Of a stretch of 64,000 nt of DNA, positions 61,841-64,000 are shown piece after piece. Each line of letters starts with the position of its first letter. The first letter of the stretch is position 1. The stretch spans positions 1,351 to 65,350 of the forward strand of contig DATDFB010000296.1 of NCBI GenBank assembly GCA_036522835.1, written 5' to 3'. The notes below the pieces were generated by a model. That model saw only the letters and a program-made list of their open reading frames with translations, had not been told where the DNA came from and did not search any database. Source of the DNA: Thermoanaerobaculia bacterium (lineage in GTDB: Bacteria; Acidobacteriota; Thermoanaerobaculia; Gp7-AA8). Position numbers and translations under genes: made by a program.

Positions 61841-63366
61841 TTGATGGCCTCGATGCGGATCGGCTCGAGAAGCAGGCCGTCGGCGCCGCCCACGTCGGTG
61901 ACGCCGAGGATGCGGTAGACGAGGCGCAGCGGCGTGCTCGCGGCGAAGCTGCCGTTGAAGACCGTCGGCTCGGCGAAGCGGAAGGGAACGCCTTCGATCG
62001 TGCCGGACGCGAACGGCGTCTGCGCGAAGATGACGACGCCGCTGAAGGTCATCTGATCGAGCGTGGCGCGCTGCTCGGGCGTGAGCTTCAGGCCGAGGAG
62101 CTTGCGCAGCTCGGGGCCGCTCGGCTGCGCGGTGGCCTTGCCGCCGGTGAGGAACGCCGGCGCGCCGCTCTCCGGCTCTTCCGCTTCGCGGCGGAGCGTG
62201 CGCAGCGTGTCATTGTCGGGGAAGCGTGTGAGCAGTGCGTCGAGCGTGGCGCGCGCGCTGCGCAGCTCGCCGGCGTGGAGTTGTTGCAGGGCGCGCCGGA
62301 CCTCGGCGCCGGTGGACGATTCCTCGGGCGCACGCTGTGCGCCCCTACCGGGTTCATCGTCGGTAGGGGCGCACGGCGTGCGCCCGCAAACGCGCTCGAG
62401 GTATCGCTGGTACTCGCGCACGAGAGCGATGGAGAAGGGATTGGCGTCGAACGCGGCGGCGAACGCCTTTTCGTCAGGACCGAGCCGGGCAATCGCGGTG
62501 AGCGCCGTCGGATCGTCGCTGCGCGAGGCGAGCACGGCCTCGTACAACCTGCGCGCTTCCACGACGTCGCCGCGCCGCTCGACGAGCCCGGCGAGGCGGA
62601 GCTGCGTGCGGTTCAGGAGCGACACGTACGTGGCCACGTCGCCGCGCGCCGTCGAGTAGATCTCGAACGATTCGTTGCGGACGACGGCGGACTTCAGCGG
62701 ATCGAACGCGCTCGACTTCAGCGACGCGATCACGGTGCGCAGGAGTTGCTCGTCGTTGGTGAACGTCGCCAGCGAGTATTGATAGACGGCGAGGTCGAGC
62801 CGGTTGGCGAGCGACGGCGACGTCTGCACGTCCGCTTCCGCGATCGTCACCGCGTTGCGCGCCGCACTCGCCGCCTTCGGCGTCTTGCGCAGTTGCGCCA
62901 TCGTGCTGGCGTAGAGGTTCCACGTCTTCGCCGAGTCGCTCGTGTAGCGCAGCGCCTCCTCCGCCAGCGCGAAGGCGCGCGCGTCGTCGACGCCCAGCTT
63001 CGCCTCCGCCAGCGCCGCATACGACGTAGCCGTCGCGTAGCGCGCCATGTCCGAGGCGCGGCGCGCGTCGAGGCGCTCGCGCGTGGCGATCTCGAGGGCG
63101 CTCTTGTACTCGGCGTTGGCGCGCGCGGTCTCGGAACGAGCGGCGCGGAGGTCGCCGAGGTTGAGGTGCGCGGAGAGCTGCGAGACGAAGTCGTGCGTCG
63201 TCGCCAACTGCTTCTCCATCTGTTGGATCTCGAAATCCGAGGAGAGGCGCGATTGCTGGCCGGAGAAAAGGAAAAACAGTGTCATCCCGAGCGCAGCGAG
63301 GGACCCCCTCCCGGCGGGGGATCCTTCGCCGTCTCCGCGGCTCAGGATGACCCGGGGACGCTTCAT
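61837..63366 (-). CDS. TPR-like helical repeat protein (509 aa as drawn)
   Basis: ORF 61837..63366. ATG 63366 overlaps the VWA gene stop (ATGA). Helical A/L/R-rich repeats. Contains two palindromic elements (62326-62385 and 63281-63351). An alternative start at ATG 63285 is possible. Confidence 0.65.
   Translation of the reverse strand: MKRPRVILSRGDGEGSPAGRGSLAALGMTLFFLFSGQQSRLSSDFEIQQMEKQLATTHDFVSQLSAHLNLGDLRAARSETARANAEYKSALEIATRERLDARRASDMARYATATSYAALAEAKLGVDDARAFALAEEALRYTSDSAKTWNLYASTMAQLRKTPKAASAARNAVTIAEADVQTSPSLANRLDLAVYQYSLATFTNDEQLLRTVIASLKSSAFDPLKSAVVRNESFEIYSTARGDVATYVSLLNRTQLRLAGLVERRGDVVEARRLYEAVLASRSDDPTALTAIARLGPDEKAFAAAFDANPFSIALVREYQRYLERVCGRTPCAPTDDEPGRGAQRAPEESSTGAEVRRALQQLHAGELRSARATLDALLTRFPDNDTLRTLRREAEEPESGAPAFLTGGKATAQPSGPELRKLLGLKLTPEQRATLDQMTFSGVVIFAQTPFASGTIEGVPFRFAEPTVFNGSFAASTPLRLVYRILGVTDVGGADGLLLEPIRIEAIK
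62326..62385. repeat. 60-nt hairpin element (family tgcgcccctacc) in frame inside the TPR gene
   Basis: The arms gggcgcacgctgtgcgcccctaccg / cggtaggggcgcacggcgtgcgccc pair at 24 of 25 positions, with a 10-nt loop. On the minus strand the element encodes GRTPCAPTDDEPGRGAQRAP. Confidence 0.7.
63281..63351. repeat. Palindromic element (family gtcatcccgagc...gctcaggatgac) at the 5' end of the TPR gene
   Basis: The termini gtcatcccgagc / gctcaggatgac pair at 11 of 12 positions, with an internal ccccc...ggggg stem. The element encodes ILSRGDGEGSPAGRGSLAALGMT. Confidence 0.6.
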
Positions 63367-64000
63367 TGCGCGAAGTAGCCTCTGCGCGCGTTCAGCACTT
63401 CGACGCCGCGCGTTGCGGCCGTGATCGTGATCGCGCGCCAGCCGGCCGCGTTGCCGTGGCTTTGATAAACCAGCGTGTAGCGCGAATTGATGTCCATGAG
63501 GATTCGACGGAGCTCGCGGCCGATCGTCGCGGCGCTCGCCTTGGCGATCACGCCGCCGGTGTTCTTCGCCGCCTTCTCCAGAAACGGGCTGCCGCCGCCG
63601 AGGACGATGGCGTCGACGACCATCTTCGTGCTGCTGACCGCGCGCAGCGCCTCCTCCTCGGATGTCACGCTGTTGCGGTCGCCGCCGTCGGTGATGACGA
63701 TCGCGTACGTCCGCTCGCGCGAGGCGATCGACGTCAGCGCGTCGCGCAGCGCCGTGCCGCCGTTGGCGTCGACCTTGCCGATGGCCGCGAGCGGCTGCGC
63801 CTTCGTCACGTTGTGATTGAAGAGCACGACCTCGGCGCGGTCGTCCTTGCGCAGCAGCGCCGACGCGCTTTCGATCGCGCGCAGCGCCGCGGCAAGTTTG
63901 CCTCCGGTCATCGACAGCGACCGGTCGACGATGAAGACGAAGCGCGCCGGGCCGCGCTCGGCGCGTACGTCGCGCACCGTCTGCTCGATCGCGTTCTCCG
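63363..64000 (-). CDS. von Willebrand factor A (VWA) domain protein, C-terminal part (continues past the right edge)
   Basis: ORF 63363..63977. MIDAS-like motif FIVDRSLSMTG, then GGTALRDAL and VITDGGD. The frame remains open upstream of 63977 to the window end (ENAIEQTVRDV), so the GTG at 63977 is probably internal. Confidence 0.75.
   Translation of the reverse strand, partial: ENAIEQTVRDVRAERGPARFVFIVDRSLSMTGGKLAAALRAIESASALLRKDDRAEVVLFNHNVTKAQPLAAIGKVDANGGTALRDALTSIASRERTYAIVITDGGDRNSVTSEEEALRAVSSTKMVVDAIVLGGGSPFLEKAAKNTGGVIAKASAATIGRELRRILMDINSRYTLVYQSHGNAAGWRAITITAATRGVEVLNARRGYFAQ

Noticed and set aside
9728-63351. CRISPR array hypothesis for the palindromic repeats
   Set aside because: The hairpin elements belong to several unrelated families. 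They are scattered tens of kb apart, are not regularly spaced with unique spacers, and no cas genes are present.
1-64000. tRNA, rRNA or other structured RNA genes
   Set aside because: Intergenic gaps are short; the largest non-repeat gap is 14493-14701 (209 nt). None shows a cloverleaf-like arrangement or rRNA-like conserved stretches by eye. A covariance-model scan (tRNAscan-SE/Infernal) would be needed to be certain.

Overview
High-GC bacterial chromosomal window; the gene content and palindromic repeat families suggest an Acidobacteriota-like organism, but this is a guess. I saw no rRNA, tRNA, CRISPR array, transposase or integrase. Layout, left to right. (1) A giant secreted beta-helix repeat protein on the minus strand (1-7175). 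It is absent from the ORF track because it has no stop inside the window. (2) A TonB-dependent receptor. (3) A translationally coupled TIR-domain gene plus a STAND NTPase-TM-coiled-coil-WD40 gene (9877-14492). This is my best candidate for an undescribed conflict or immunity module. (4) A 22.6 kb array of five paralogous ELWxxDGT-repeat/Calx-beta/Ig-like exoproteins (14702-37284). It contains a segmental duplication that also copies a 170-aa secreted coiled-coil protein. (5) Housekeeping genes (ppa, prmA, aminotransferase). (6) Four tandem, start/stop-coupled paralogs of an unrecognised secreted protein family plus one decayed copy (41272-47238). (7) A Cys-free Bcp-like gene, an Asd-like gene lacking the catalytic Cys, then pssA and psd. 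(8) A DUF465 gene, a GT39/ArnT-like glycosyltransferase, a PAP2 phosphatase, a Uma2 nuclease and smc. (9) A six-gene chain-coupled operon of Zn-ribbon, TonB-C, TPR and VWA proteins. Several families of short palindromic repeat elements sit in frame inside coding genes (prmA, smc hinge, a TPR gene) or supply gene termini. Many long ORFs in the track are antisense or read-through artefacts of high GC content; these are listed under rejected.
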